64,000 bases of DNA, taken from assembly GCF_009914755.1 (NCBI RefSeq), contig NC_060944.1; one strand, given 5' to 3'. The notes beneath the pieces were generated by a model. The model saw only the letters and a list, made by a program, of their open reading frames with translations, made no database searches and was not told the DNA's origin. The DNA comes from the human T2T-CHM13v2.0 reference genome, Homo sapiens. Shown here piece after piece: positions 15,349-29,668 of this stretch (the stretch's first letter is position 1; each line of letters starts with the position of its first letter). A program made the translations under genes and the position numbers.

Positions 15349-15678
15349 TGAGTACCGGGAACCAGGAAGTTGGGTGCTGGACAAGTAAGTGCTCCCAAAA
15401 CAGATGGTGGGTGTGGCAGGCACTGCTGAGGGGATCCACTCAGGGCAGGGGTGTGGTGAGTCCCCCGGCGACCCCCTGGGCAGGGTTGTGCTGTGACTGG
15501 GGCCGGGAGAAGGCCATGGAGGGACAGGTTCAAGGCAGGGGCTATTCAGGCCAGACTGGTGCAGAGAAAGAAAGTTGGTCCTAAGAGAGATGGCCCAGGC
15601 AGTTTCCCGAAGGTGAAAGAGAGACATCCCTGGCTCTGCTGGGGACATGGTGGGGGTGTCACCTCCTCATATGGCAGC

Positions 15679-15890
15679 TGTCAGAGCCCCAAGGCCACCC
15701 AGGTTGGACCCACAGGGCTCAGCCTGGAGTTATACTCAGGGCTGTGACTTATCGCAGCAAGAGCACCAATACTGACAAAGCTTTGCTTATACAGCAAAGT
15801 CAGCAAAGGGAAAAGACACATGGAGTGGGGTCAGCGGAAGACCAGATGCAGCTTCCAGGGCCCCCTCCCAGAGGAGCCTCACAGGACGAT
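15679..15890. mobile_element. LTR fragment (MER21-like)
   Basis: ttatactcagggctgtgacttat...agcaaagtcagcaaagggaaaagacacatgg resembles recalled MER21 consensus. Confidence 0.45.
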
Positions 15891-16483
15891 ATGGGGGCCG
15901 ATCACAGGGGCACCCACTGCCTGGCAAAACCCCTACTGTTTGCACCAACAGTTCAGGGGCAGGGAGCCCTTCTCACCCAAAAATGGCAGAGCCTTCCCAA
16001 AATCCAAGGCCCCAGGCACCAGCCAGAGGCCAGCCTTGCCAGCTGGCCATCCTGAGATGGCAGCTTGGGGCCCACTTGTGAACCCTTTTCTGTGCAGTGG
16101 GGCTGCCAGATCCCAGAATAAAAGGTTCCTTCCAGTGACAACCACCAGGGAGGGCGCACCTACGACCAATGAGGAGGAGAAGGCACGGGGAACAGAGTGT
16201 GGCCCCTGCAAAAGCTTCTGAAACTCAGGGCTGACTGGTAGTAATTGAGCTGCCTGGTGAGGGAGTGAGATCACTGTGGGGGGAGGCAACAAGCTGAGGG
16301 CAAGGTGTGTGGCTGCTGGGGAGGTGTGGAGGGGGTTACTGCCCTGGCTGTTTGGTTAGGCCGGGACCAGCCAAGCCCTGGACCCTTGGATGCACAGAGC
16401 TGCGAAGGGCAATGCAGGCAGCTGCAAGGAGAGGCAGGGATGGACAAGCAGAGCCCACGCTCCACCTAAAGAAGCCCAGGCTG

Positions 16484-16899
<416 letters not shown>

Positions 16900-17008
16900 T
16901 TAGCGTCTGAGCCACCACGTCCCTCAGCCGCTGTGGCCCCGGCTGTCACCCTGCCTTGGGGCCCTCAAGAGTTCTCTCTGGGATCTGAGCGCCTCTCTCT
17001 CCCCGAAG

Positions 17009-17258
17009 GTTCCTCTATGACTTCTACCACTACTTCTACATGGTGACCAACGCACTCTTCTACGTCAGCTCCACCATCAACCCCATCCTGTACAACCTCG
17101 TCTCTGCCAACTTCCGCCACATCTTCCTGGCCACACTGGCCTGCCTCTGCCCGGTGTGGCGGCGCAGGAGGAAGAGGCCAGCCTTCTCGAGGAAGGCCGA
17201 CAGCGTGTCCAGCAACCACACCCTCTCCAGCAATGCCACCCGCGAGACGCTGTACTAG
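17009..17258 (+). CDS. NTSR1: Neurotensin receptor 1, coding part of exon 4 (TM7 and C-tail)
   Basis: ccccgaag|G; [82 protein letters not shown], with the NPxxY motif. Confidence 0.97.
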
Positions 17259-19755
17259 GCTGTGCGCCCCGGAACGTGTCCAGGAGGAGCCTGGCCATGG
17301 GTCCTTGCCCCCGACAGACAGAGCAGCCCCCACCCGGGAGCCTTGATGGGGGTCAGGCAGAGGCCAGCCTGCACTGGAGTCTGAGGCCTGGGACCCCCCC
17401 CTCCCACCCCCTAACCCATGTTTCTCATTAGTGTCTCCCGGGCCTGTCCCCAACTCCTCCCCACCCCTCCCCCATCTCCTCTTTGAAAGCCAGAACAAGA
17501 GAGCGCTCCTCTCCCAGATAGGAAAAGGGCCTCTAACAAGGAGAAATTAGTGTGCGGCAAAAGGCAGTTTTCTTTGTTCTCAGACTAATGGATGGTTCCA
17601 GAGAAGGAAATGAAAGGTGCTGGGTGGGGCCGGGCCTCCGGCGGCCCGGCTGCTGTTCCCATGTCCACATCTCTGAGGCCTGCACCCCCTCTGTCTAGCT
17701 CGGGGAGTCCAGCCCCAGTCCCGCAGGCTCCGTGGCTTTGGGCCTCACGTGCAGACCCTGCCATGCAGACCCATGCCCCCCTCCCCCAGGCAGCTCCAAG
17801 AAAGCTCCCTGACTCGCCCCTTCAGGCCTGGCAAGCTGGGGGCCCATCGCCGTGGGGAGTCCCTCCCACCACCCTCGCCGCAGGCAGCTGCAGCCCCCAG
17901 AGGGGACCACAAGCCCAAAAAGGACAAAAATGGGCTGGCCTGGAATGGCCCAGACCCCAGCCTCCCCTCCTCCCTCCCATCCTCACCCAGGCCAAGGCCC
18001 AGGGGCTCTGCCAGGACACCACATGGGAGGGGGCTCAGGCCTCAGCCTCAAGATCTTCAGCTGTGGCCTCTCGGGCTCGGCAGAAGGGACGCCGGATCAG
18101 GGGCCTGGTCTCCAGCACCTGCCCGAGTGGCCGTGGCCAGGATGGGGTGCGCATTCCGTGTGCTTTGCTTGTGGCTGTGCAGGCTGAGGTCTGGAGCCAG
18201 GCCCAGAGCTGGCTTCAGGGTGGGGCCTTGAGAAGGGGAATGTGGGACAGGGGCGATGGTGCCTGGTCTCTGAGTAAGATGCCAGGTCCCAGGAACTCAG
18301 GCTTCAGGTGAGAAGGAGCAGTGTGTCCAGGCACCGCTGGCCGGCAGCCCTGGGCTGAGGCACAGACTCATTTGTCACCTTCTGGCGGCGGCAGCCCTGG
18401 CCCCGGCCTCCAAGCAGTTGAAAAAGCTGGCGCCTCCTTGGTCTCTAGGATCCAGGCTCCACAGAGCACATGACTAGCCAGGCCCCTGGCTTAAGAAGGT
18501 CGCCTAAGCCTAAGAGAAGACAGTCCCAGGAGAAGCTGGCCGGGACCAGCCAGGAGCTGGGAGCCACAGGAAGCAAAAGTCAGCCTTTTCTTCAAGGGAT
18601 TTCCCTGTCTCAGAGCAGCCTTTGCCCCAGGGAAATGGGCTCTGGGCTGGCTGCCTGCACCGGCCATGTCGACCCAGGACCCGGACACCTGGTCTTGGGC
18701 TGTGTTCAGCCACTTTGCCTTCTCTGGACTCAGTTTCCCCGTCTGAGAAATGAGAGTCGAATGCTACAGTATCTGCAGTCGCTTGGATCTGGCTGTTGAG
18801 TTGACGGGTTCCTTGAACCCCACAAAATCCCTCTCCAACCACAGGACCCTTCGGCTCACCAAGAACGGGGCCCAGGGGAGTCAGGCCTATTCGCTGCACT
18901 TCCTGCCAAACTTTGCCCCCACAAGCCTGGTCATCAGCCAGGCAGCCCTCCCAGTGCCCAAGGGCCACCAACCCCAGGGAAACAGGGCCAGCACAGAGGG
19001 GCCTTCCTCCCCCACAGAGCCCCCATGACATAGTCTGCTCTGGGCGGAAGAGCTTTGCTGCCAGCCAGGGATGTCCAGAGGTCGGTGCAGCCCCTACCCC
19101 TGCTCAGGAGTGGGCTCAGAGTCTAGCAAATGCTAAGGCCCCTCAGGCTGGGCTCTGAACGAGGACCTGGACTCAGAGCCAGACAGGGCAGCCTCAGACC
19201 CTTCTCTGGGGCTCCTGGACCTTGGGCCATAATTTCTGAGCCTCGGTTTCCCCATCTAAGGAACAGATGTGGTCGTTCCGCCCTCTCAGCTGGATGAGAC
19301 TGTCCTGGAGGATCCACCCCGGAACAGACAGAATGGTGTCTCTCAGGATGGTGCTCTGAGAGAGGGCAGAGTGGATGCCCCACTGCCCTAGACCCTCGGT
19401 AGACGTGGGGTCTCTGGGGCGGGGTCTGTGGCTGTGACTGAAGTCGGCTTTTCCCGTTGATGTCTTGATGCTCCTATCTGTGCACTTACCGTAGGTAAGG
19501 ACACGTGTCCACGCACCACAGACACACCCACGACACCTGATCTCGTATCACTAGCTTGCGGCCAGGTCATGATGTGGCCCCGGAAGCTGGCCCTGCGTGC
19601 CATGAGTGCGTCGGTCATGGAGTCCGGAGCCCCTGAGCCGGCCCCTGGTGACGGCACAGCCCTCACAGCTCAAACGCCCACCCCCACTCCCACCATCTGC
19701 AGGTGGTGAAAACAAACCCCGTGTATCTCTCAATAAAGGTGGCCGAAGGGCCTCG
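17259..19755 (+). other. NTSR1: NTSR1 3'UTR (includes short MIR-like fragments ~18700-18755 and ~19215-19265)
   Basis: Runs from the stop codon to the first AATAAA I could find; 3' end approximate. Confidence 0.75.
19732..19737 (+). terminator. NTSR1 poly(A) signal AATAAA
   Basis: caataaaggt followed by a GT-rich stretch (gatgtggacttgagtgttg). Confidence 0.8.
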
Positions 19756-22700
19756 ATGTGGACTTGAGTGTTGAGGGCCTGCATGTGCCCACCCACCCAC
19801 TCATTCATTCACTCCTTCATTCAGACACGCACCGACGCAGCAGCCAGCCTGCACTGGGCCTCTTACCAAAGTCTACAGGGCTCTGGTCCCAGAAGCTGGC
19901 AGGTGGGGGGCGCCGGGATCCCTCTGCTCACAGCCCACCCACCCTCCCTAGTGCTTCAAGGAGCAGTGGGCCCCCTGCAGGGCCTAGTGACCACCGAGGG
20001 GCCTGTGTGGGCAAAAGTCCTCACCGTCTCCTGAGCTTCAGTCTCCTGATCTGTGAGCTGAACACAGAGGACGCTCAGTGAAGCGGGGAGCCCGGGGTCC
20101 CATGACCGCTCAGCTCAGATCTCCATGGCCCCCTCTAGCCAGCCCAGGGGTCCTGTGGTTGTGGGGGAGGGGGCCATGGCCCCATCGAGGCCTTAGCAGT
20201 GGACAGATAGGCCCGGGTGCAGTACTGAGCCTCTGGCCTGGGCCCAGCCCCGTGCAGGCTACTGAGGAGACAGAAGATGCAGCTGAACCCTCACCCCCAG
20301 GGCTTCTGCTCTGAAAATGAGGGTTCCCAGGCACCTCCCAGACCCACCGTTTCCAATTCTCCCCCGCCAAGGCCCGGGTCATTCTCCATCCCTGGTTGGG
20401 CGGCTCTGGCTCTCTGCTGTGCTCCTTTTTAGGGCACCAAAAGCTTTTCTCCGGCTTGCCTGAGCCTGAGCCACAAGAGGCCGGTGACAGCAGAGTCTGC
20501 AGGGTGGTGCCCTGGGGTCTTTCTCATAAGCCTCCTGGGCCTCAGGATTAGGAGTGCTGGGCTCACCCTGTGGAGCTCAGCAAAAGAAGCATTTGCTTGG
20601 GCTTGAACAGTCCAGGAAGGCTGCCTGGAGGAGGAGGCAGGTGGGCCAGTGGGAGGCAGAGCCTGAGCAAGGGAGAGTGCAGGAGTGAGGGGTCTCCCCA
20701 GGGACATGAGGGGCTCAGAGTGGCTGGAGAGGAGAAGGGCAGGTGCTAGGGGAGCAATAGGGGAGGGAGAAGGCGGGTTGAGAGCTTGAGGGATTTGAGC
20801 GCCCATGGAGGGGCTGAGTAGGGGCCTAGGGGGAGAGGGGAGGAGCCTTGGGGCCCTCGTGGTCAGGAGCCTGCCATGGTTCCTGGGTCCTGATGGCAGG
20901 GAGCACCCCTTCCTGAGGGGGTCCTCTTGGCCGTCCTCAGCAGCTCTGGCCCTGCCTCCACCTCCCTGCAGCACTTAGAGATTCTCTAAGTGTTGTTTTC
21001 CTGTGCCTGGGGGCTCAGGACTCCTTCCTTTGGGGGCAGCCAGGTGGCAGCAGGGCTGGGAGGGGTCTGGGTGAGGGTGGGGAGATAAACTATAACCCTG
21101 ATCATCTAAAGGGATCTTGGCACACGCTGCCAGGCCCCTCCCTCCCAGCACCCAGCACTCACCTTCGCCTGCCCTCCCAAGCGGCGCTGCCCCAGATCCC
21201 CACCAGGCTCAGCCTGTCCTTATCTGTGCTAAAGCGTTAGTGGCCACAGCATCTCCTGGTAACAAAGATCCCCACACCTTAACCCAAAGGACAGCAGAAA
21301 CACAGGACAACCCCACCCACCCTAAGGGCATGGTCCCCCACCTTCCCCTCCGAGCCGCACCTGCCCAGCTCAGAGGTGGGGATGGCTTGAGTGAGGACTC
21401 CTGGGCCCCTGATTCAGAAGAGGCTGCAGGGTCTCCGGGAAGACCCTCTCACCCAACAGCTGCTCTCTCTAGGAAGCCTTAAACCCCCGACAGAGGGAAG
21501 CCAGAGCCAGGAGGAGGCCGGATGGGGACGAGGAGAGCCTGCTGCCTCGGGGTCCCGCTTCCCCTCGGCTGTGCGTGGCCACAAGGTGGGCACAGGGAGA
21601 GGGCACCCACCATGTGGAGCCCTTGGGGGGCCTGTGTTGTGCACCCAGAGGCTGCGTGGCGAGCACTGGGTGAAGAGGGGATGCCAGCTCTTCCCCCGGC
21701 AGCACAGCACAGCCATGAGCGCACAGGTGGTGACGCACAGGGTCCTGGGCTGGACTCCAGCTCTGCCACTGTGAGCTGGGACGTGGGATAAGGTGGAAGT
21801 TAGCACTCAGGGCCCGGCCCGCAGGACCAAGGTTGGCCGCGTCAGGGGAGCTGGGAGGGAGGCGGAGGCTGCCTTCCTTGGCATCTGGCCTTGGCGGCCA
21901 GGCCAGTGTCCCTCCTGGCCCAGAGCGGTACCCGGGCCCTCGACTGCTGCCCTCCACGGGCTCCCTGCCTGAACCTGTCCACACCCCGATTCGTCCCCAG
22001 AGTTGGACACTCCGTGATGTTTAAGGTTAAGGAATTGGTGTCAATCATGAGCTTCATGCCTGGCTGCCCGGCTCCTTCTCTGCCCCGGCCTAGTCTGAGC
22101 CCCCTCCACCAACAGTGGAGCCTGGTGCCACCCGCTCCTGTCACTCTGGAGGTGGCCCAGGGTATAGCACTGCCTGCAACCAGGTCCCTGCTCTCCTCTC
22201 CACTCTAGAGCCTCTCTCCCCTTCAAGCCTCTCCCTGGTCTGAGGCTCCCTCCCCTCTGAGCCTCCCTCCGAGCCTCTCTTCCCTCTCCTCTCTTCTCCC
22301 TGCTCCTCCCTCTCCCTGCTTCCTCCCTGGAGCTGGGGGCTGTCTCTCTGACTGCATCTCTGGAGGAGGAGGAAGAGGATTGGGAGACAGGACTTTAAGC
22401 GCAGATTCTGCCAGGCATCACCTAGGAGCCCTGGCTGAACCCAGCTGTGTGTAGGGAGCCTCCGGCCGCCCTGGGGCTCAGCATCCTTAGGTCATTGTTC
22501 CCATTTGACTGGCCAAGGAAGCCAAGGCTCTGGTAATCTGCCAAGGACCCACAGCCTCCCTAAGCTTGAAGACCATGGTCCTATCAGCCCTCATGTGCTC
22601 CCGGTGACCCACCCTGCAGGCCCACAGGCCGAAGGCGAGCTCCACCTGTTTCACAGCTGGGGACGCCAGGGAGGGGGAGAGCTGCACGGAGCTGGTGTTG

Positions 22701-24070
22701 GTTCTGCCCTCGCCATTGTGGGACCTTCAGAAGACCCCACCTTCCAAGGACCGTGACCCCCTCCTGGGGAGGGCACGCCTCCCCAGGAGCTGCCAGGTGA
22801 GAAAAGCACCCAGCCTCCAGCACACCAAGACCCAGGAGCAGTGAGAGGGCAGAGCCAAGCTGCTGCCCCAGGGACTGGTAGGGACCACTGATGGCAGTGG
22901 CAGGAGGAAGCTCCAGGATGCGGGGCTCAGAGAGGGATGAAGGACAGGGTACGGGTTGCTTTACCCCCAAATCAGAGATGCTCACCCGGCAGGAGACCCT
23001 GCATGCCCAGGCTCTCCCACCTCAGCCTCAGACGCCGAGCTGTGTAGACACTGTGTCCAGGCTACACCCAGAGCCTCCTGGGGTCTGCTTCAGCCTCTGG
23101 GAACCATTTGGCTCCTCTCTTCCCCCTGGGGGGCATGGGGAAAGCATGCCAGGGAGGAACGCTGGTTGGGCAGCCAGGCAGAGGTGGATGTGGCGGGCTC
23201 TCACCCCAGGCAAGTTGACCAAAAGGGTGACCGCAGCAAGGTGGGCTCTGCAGGGGACCCCAGGACGCTGGTCAGGCTCAGGGGCAGGGCTGGGGCGCAG
23301 GTTGGGAGGGCAGAGGTGAAGGAGCAAACACAAGGCATGGGTGGTCTCGGATGACGGGCACCCTCCCCCACCCACCCATTCAGGTCCTCGCCCTCATTCC
23401 CCACGGCAAATTTTCACACGGGCTGTTAGCCAATAGCTATTTTTTAACTCTGGCTACATTTTTAAAGTAAAATTATTGGATTCAGACAACATAGTTCTCC
23501 TTAAAGTAAGAAAGTCTGTGCCTAAAGCCGGGAGGAATAAGTACCATTTGGTGGTGAGTTTCAGTATCACCCCAATAAATCATGGGGTGCCACATGGCAT
23601 GGAGGCAAACCCAGATCAACAACCGAGAGAACACAGTCACTGCCCCTCCTCCTGCCCGCCCTCCTCCTTCCACTCCGTGCTTCCCTCTGAGCCCCCCACT
23701 CTCCCTCCCAGAAGACCGCCTAGCCCCACAGCCCTTTCCTTTCTCTGGGGTCTTTGTTACATTGACCACCATCCCGACTGGCTTCCACTTGGTTTCTCCC
23801 GGCTTTTCGCACACCCACGGCTCTTCATGACTGAGACCCAGCAAGCGGGAGCAGCCTGAGGTCCCTGTGGTCTTTCCAGTTCTGCCTCTCTCTAGGGATC
23901 CCTGGGCTCTGTGCCAAGGAGGAAGGAGCTGGAGCAGCGAGGCAACAAGGTCAGCCTCCTCCCGGGTGGGCAGGTGGGAGCAGCAGTAAGATGCGTGGGG
24001 ACCAAGGACACACCAAGCGTCCTTCATAAACACCCCGTAGGATCCACAGCCACACACACGCCAGCGTTTA

Positions 24071-24369
<299 letters not shown>

Positions 24370-24554
24370 ACAGAGAGAAAGAGAGATAGAGAAGAAAGAA
24401 AGAAAAGAAGAAAGAGAAGAAAGAAGAAAGAAAAGAAGAAAAGAAAGAAAGAGAGAGAGAAGGAAGGAAGGAGAAAGAGAGAGAGAAAGAGAAAAAGAGA
24501 GGGAGGGAGGGAAGGAAGGAAGGAAGGAGAAAGAGAAAGAAAGAAAGAAAAAGA

Positions 24555-24589
<35 letters not shown>

Positions 24590-24591
24590 AA

Positions 24592-24656
<65 letters not shown>

Positions 24657-24712
24657 AGGTTGAAGGAAGGAAGGAAGGAAGGAAGGAAGGAAGGAAGGAA
24701 GGAAGGAAGGAA
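24370..24712. repeat. Compound (GAAA)n/(GGAA)n tetranucleotide microsatellite
   Basis: Alu-tail derived; perfect (GGAA)12 at 24665-24712. Confidence 0.95.
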
Positions 24713-26069
24713 GAGCCCAGCCACCATCTGCTTCTGAGCTGATGAGGCCCTCCCTCCCATCCCCACGGGAGGACACCCCCACAGGAGGACGAGAAGACAC
24801 CCCCATGGCAGGACCCCCCTGAGGGCTGACAGCCCCACAGAAGTGCCTTCTGCGCCGGGTGTGTCCCTGCCTCATCCCCCTTCCCACCTCCCTGCCTCTG
24901 CCTCCATCTCACATAGCAGAGGGGTCCCCCAAACCCCCCTGCCCAGCCCCAAGCCACCAGGGCAGAGGCAGGGCCTTGTTGACAGCCAAACGCTGTCCTC
25001 TGGGGGACAAAGAAGAAAGCCCCTTTCCCAACCACAGGCCTCCAGTGCTCCTGCTGCCCCTGTTCCCTGTGTCTCCTGGGCAGGCAGATGGGCGGGCTCA
25101 CGTCAGAACCACCAGGGAGCCTGTTCCAGACCAGTTTCCCAGGCCCCAGCTGAGCCCCAGGCGATCAGAAGGTAGGGTGGCCTGGGAATCTGCATGTTAA
25201 CGACTTATCCAGGAGAGTCAGATGCGCCCTGGGGTGGGAGAGCCACCTCCCTATACCTTCCCATCCATCCATCCATCCATCCATCCATTCATTCATTCAT
25301 CTGCTCAGTGCTCCTCGGGACCTGGCTGACTCGGCACCCCCCTGGCTGGCACAGAACGGAGGGTGTGGGGCTCTGCTGCCCCAGCCCCTGCAAGGAATTC
25401 TCACAACCCCCGTTCACTCCAGGGCATAGGAGATCACTGCACCCCAACCGGAGGAACACTGACATTGACGACAACATCATAGGAATGGAAATACAACCAT
25501 GGAATTCCAGCTCAGTCATGGAGCGGGAGATCTGGGGACACTGGCCGGGCAGCCTGCCCCAGGCACCCCTGAACTCCAGTCCCCTGAAGCCAGAGCCCGG
25601 GTCAAGCCCCTCCCCACCCAGCAGGTCTGCCGAGCTCCGCCCTGTTCCAGCACAGAGACAGAAGCCCATCGGCTAGGAGGCCCACCCAGGAGGACAGTGC
25701 CGGCCCGTCGCCATCGCGAGGCAACAGGGGAGCTCTTGAGAGAGAATTCTATACACTCTAAATACCTCTGAAGGAAGAAAAACCAGCCACAGCCATTGAG
25801 ACCTGAGCTTCCTGTATAGAAAATGTTCCCTCCTGCCTCCACCCTCTCTCCCAGCTCCCCAACTCCCTGCAATTATGACTGGAATTCCAGTTTTTATCAG
25901 AGCACCATGGAAACCATGGCCAGGCTGAATTTATGAAAGGAATGACGCCAAGCAGAGAGAGAACCGGTGAGGGGAAGGCAGGGAGCCAAGGCAGGGCAGG
26001 AGAGCAAGGCAGACGAGGAGGGGCTGGCACCCGCAGGGCGCCCGCAGCACGTGGTGAGTGGGCCCTCCC

Positions 26070-26410
26070 CAGCACACGTGCACGTATACACAGGCACCCC
26101 ATGCACATGCACACAGCATGCACATGTGCCAGCGCATGCATACACACACAGACACACGTGTACACACAGGCACACTTGTGCACATACATGAACCCATGGG
26201 CACACACCCATGTACATGTGCCAGCACATGCATATACACACAGACACACATGTGTACACACAGGCACACTTGTGCACATACATGCACCCACATGCACACA
26301 TTTACACTCAACTCACACACACACAGGCAAATGCATATACACATGCCTGCACGCACACACAGGCATGGCATGTGAACATGAGTGCACACACACAAGTGCT
26401 CACACCCGGG
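26070..26410. repeat. (CACATG/CA)n low-complexity repeat
   Basis: cacatgcacacac motifs. Confidence 0.85.
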
Positions 26411-27275
26411 CACATTCAGCCTGCATAGGGCCTCCCATCTCACCAGGAAGGGCTCGTTCCTTGGGTCTGTGAGACCAGCCGCTTCTCATCCTGCCAGGCC
26501 AACTAACCAGGTGACTAGCAGAGCCACTGGGGACACCCCCAGCCAGGCCCAGACCCCAGCCAATTACCCAGGGCCTGGAGCAAGGCCCTGTCAGCTCAAC
26601 CCCCATCATCTGACCTGGTTCAAGGCCCATGGCCACCGAGAGCCAGTCTGCAGCTGGGCAAAAGGGCAGGTGCCGGAGCCCTCAGGGTCAGCAGCTGTGT
26701 CTAGAGCTCGCTGGACAAAGGCTAGGCCAGGCACACTTCAGAAAGCACCTGCCTCCCACCCACTCTGGTCGGTCCCCCACCCCAGTCACTATGTGGCACT
26801 GAGGTCTCATCTCGGGCCCCAGTGCCAGGCTCTTGGCCAGCCCTGTCAGGATGGGGCAGAACCCTGGGGGTAGGGAGGGCCTGTGACTGGGCCACCACGC
26901 TGCAAGTACAGCAGTGAGAATGACCGCTAGGAAAGGACACTGGCGGCAATAGGGGGCTCTGCCCAGGGCTCTCTGCCTGGGCTGGGGCAGGCCGGCTATC
27001 AGGCAGTCGCACCCCCAGAGCGGCCTCGTTTGTTACCCCCACAGGCAGGAGTTGGATAAATACTCAGCCTCCTCCCCGCTCCAGGGGAGTCACTGGAGGG
27101 TGCTCAGCAGGGGCACTAAGCCATCAGCCCTTACAGGTGCATCCCCTTCCCTACTCCCTGTCTTCCTGGGTCACCTCCCAAAGAAATGAACAGCTTCCAC
27201 ATCAACCCTGGCCTCATTCTGCTTCCAGGGAGAGTCAGCCAAAAACATCAGGAGACAGCCATGGTGTAGGGAGCA

Positions 27276-27418
27276 TGAGGACCGGGACCCAGGCACTGGC
27301 ACGCCAGCCTGAGGACCGGGATCCAGACACCGGCACTCCAGCCTGAGGACTGGGACCCAAATGCCGGCACTCCAGCCTGAGGACCGGGACCCAGACCCAG
27401 ACGCTGGCACTCCAGCCT
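27276..27418. repeat. ~34-bp tandem repeat, 4 copies
   Basis: tgaggac(c/t)ggga(c/t)cca...ggcactccagcc. Confidence 0.85.
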
Positions 27419-27624
27419 GGACGCCCGCTCACCGGCATGCGCACGGGTGAATATGGAGGGAGGTGGGGGAACTAGGAAAGGAAGAGGAGGTCCCCTGGAG
27501 GGAAAGGCGTGGAAGCTGAGGCCTGGAGGGGGCAGATGGGAGGAATGTTCTGGGCAAAGGGGCAAGCTCCTGGACCTGTTGTTACCATGGCCAGGACTCC
27601 CCTCACCCAGCTGACAGCACAGCC

Positions 27625-27760
27625 CCACAGAGCCCCCAGGTGAGGGCCTCATCCCCATCCTCACACAGTCCCCAGGGAGGGTCCCCCCTCACAGAGTCCC
27701 CAGGTGAGGGCCTCATCCACACAGAGTCCCCAGGGAGGGCCCCGCCTCACAGAGCCTCAT
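27625..27760. repeat. Short degenerate tandem repeat
   Basis: cacagagtccccagg(t/g)gaggg units. Confidence 0.7.
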
Positions 27761-28404
27761 GCCTGCAGACAGGGCCAGGTGAGGTGGACGTCTCTTGCAC
27801 CTACACATCCTCGCGACAGGAGGATGCACGTCGTACAGATGGGGAAACAGGCTGGGAAAGGGAGTGTGACCTGCCCGTGATCCCAGAGGTGTGGCTACCA
27901 GAGCTGGAACTAAAACCGGAGCCCTTCACCAAATCCAGGTGTGACTCGAAGTCCTGAGTGCACAAAGATCACACGAGGACAGAGGCTCCTGGGCCTGCAC
28001 AAACCACAGTTCCGGGCACCCCAGCTCCAGCCGGCCCGCACGCTCCACCAGGGCCTGTCCCCACACCTGCCCTGGGACGGAGGCTCTCACCCCATGCAGC
28101 CACGCAGAGAAAGACCACCCCCGATTCGCACCTGCAGAGGTGCCCAGGGGGGTCCCGCCTCCCCAGGGACAGCGAGTCACACCTGCCACCTCCCAGGGCA
28201 GTCACAATGCCAGCCCACAGGAGCCGCAGGAGCTTTGCCCTCCTAAAGATCATGTTGTTGGAAGACCAGAGCCTTCGGGGGCTTAGTTATGCTCTGAGGG
28301 TCCTAAAGCCACGTGAGGGTAGCTAAGGCCACCACAGTCCCCCACTCGGCGGGGGAGGGAGGGCAAGAATGACATTGAAGGTGGCAAACAAGGAAAAACA
28401 AGGA

Positions 28405-28640
28405 ACGGGGTCTCTGCCCTCTCTCTCGGGGGCCCCTGACCTCTCTGGGGTCTCTGGCCTCTCACGGGGTCTCTGCTCTTTTGGGGGTCACTGGCCTCAG
28501 AGTTCTCTGCCCTCTGAGGAGTCTCTGCCCTCCTGGGGTCTCTGCCCTCTCCGGGTCTCTGCTCTCTTGGGATTGCTGCCCTCTGGGGGTCTCTGCTGTC
28601 TCGGGGTCTCTGCCCTCTCGGGGGTCTCTGTTCTGGGGGT
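28405..28640. repeat. ~18-19-bp minisatellite
   Basis: ggggtctctgccctct units. Confidence 0.8.
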
Positions 28641-29591
28641 GGTCTCTTCTGTCTCAGTGCCATGTCCCTGCCTTGCCTTTCTCCTCTCTGGTCGTCCTAG
28701 CTCCCAGGACCTAAGCTGGCCTTGGATGAACCCAGTACGGTGCCTCTCCTGCCTGTATCGGGGCATCCGGGCACTGCCAGCGTCCCATTACTGGACTCTG
28801 GTCAAGGAGCTTGGTGTGGATAACGGGAAGTTTTGGAAACTTCCCACCCTTCCCAGAGGGCTTAAAGGGACTGAGGCGAACGCCCAACCCAGCCACAGCC
28901 GTCCAGGGCTTTGTTTCTGACATGCCTTAAAAGGGGACAGAGTGGCCGCCGAGGGGACGGAGCCTGCCGTGTCCCGTGTGCAGCGGCGGACCACCAGGCA
29001 GAGCGCCAAGGGGAGTGTCCGGAGATCCAGCATGGGAAAAGCCCCCTGCCACTTCCAGCAAGGAGCACACAGGTGCATCCGTTCTTTCTGCCCCACACTT
29101 TCTAGGGACAGCAGGCCGAGCCCATGGTGTGCGCCGTCAGCATGGGCTCTGCAGCCTCCGACCCATGTGCGGCCTGCCCGGACCCTCGCTCCTCCGTGTG
29201 CGGCTCGCCTGGACCCTCGCTCCTTTGGGCCGTCACTCTCCCTACTTTGTAGACCTGGAATGCCATCCCTGCCCCAGCTCCACTGCCCATGGGTGGCCAT
29301 CCAGCAGCCACGGTGGAGTACACGCTGCACTGTGGTGCCCAGGGGCCCTCTATCACGGCAGGACTCCCCAACGCGATGTCCCCGGGGTTCACTGCCCCAG
29401 CCCTCAGTGGCCTGCCTGTCTAGGCATTGCACTGGCAGAAGAAAATGTTCTCGTCCAAGCTCACAGCCACCAAGGTCACAGGCTACCAAGGTCATGGCCA
29501 CCCACACCGGGCAGCTGACCTCCAGGATCATCCTCGGGAGATGCCCGCCTGGCCCCACCTGGCCGCCCTGCCCCGTTTGCCCCATCACCCC

Positions 29592-29668
29592 GCACCACTG
29601 CACTCCAGCCTGGGCGACAGAGCAAGACTCCGTCTCAAAAAAACAAAAGAAAAGAAAAGAGAAAAAGA
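29592..29668 (+). mobile_element. Alu 3' fragment
   Basis: caccactgcactccagcctgggcgacagagcaagactccgtctc plus A-rich tail. Confidence 0.85.
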
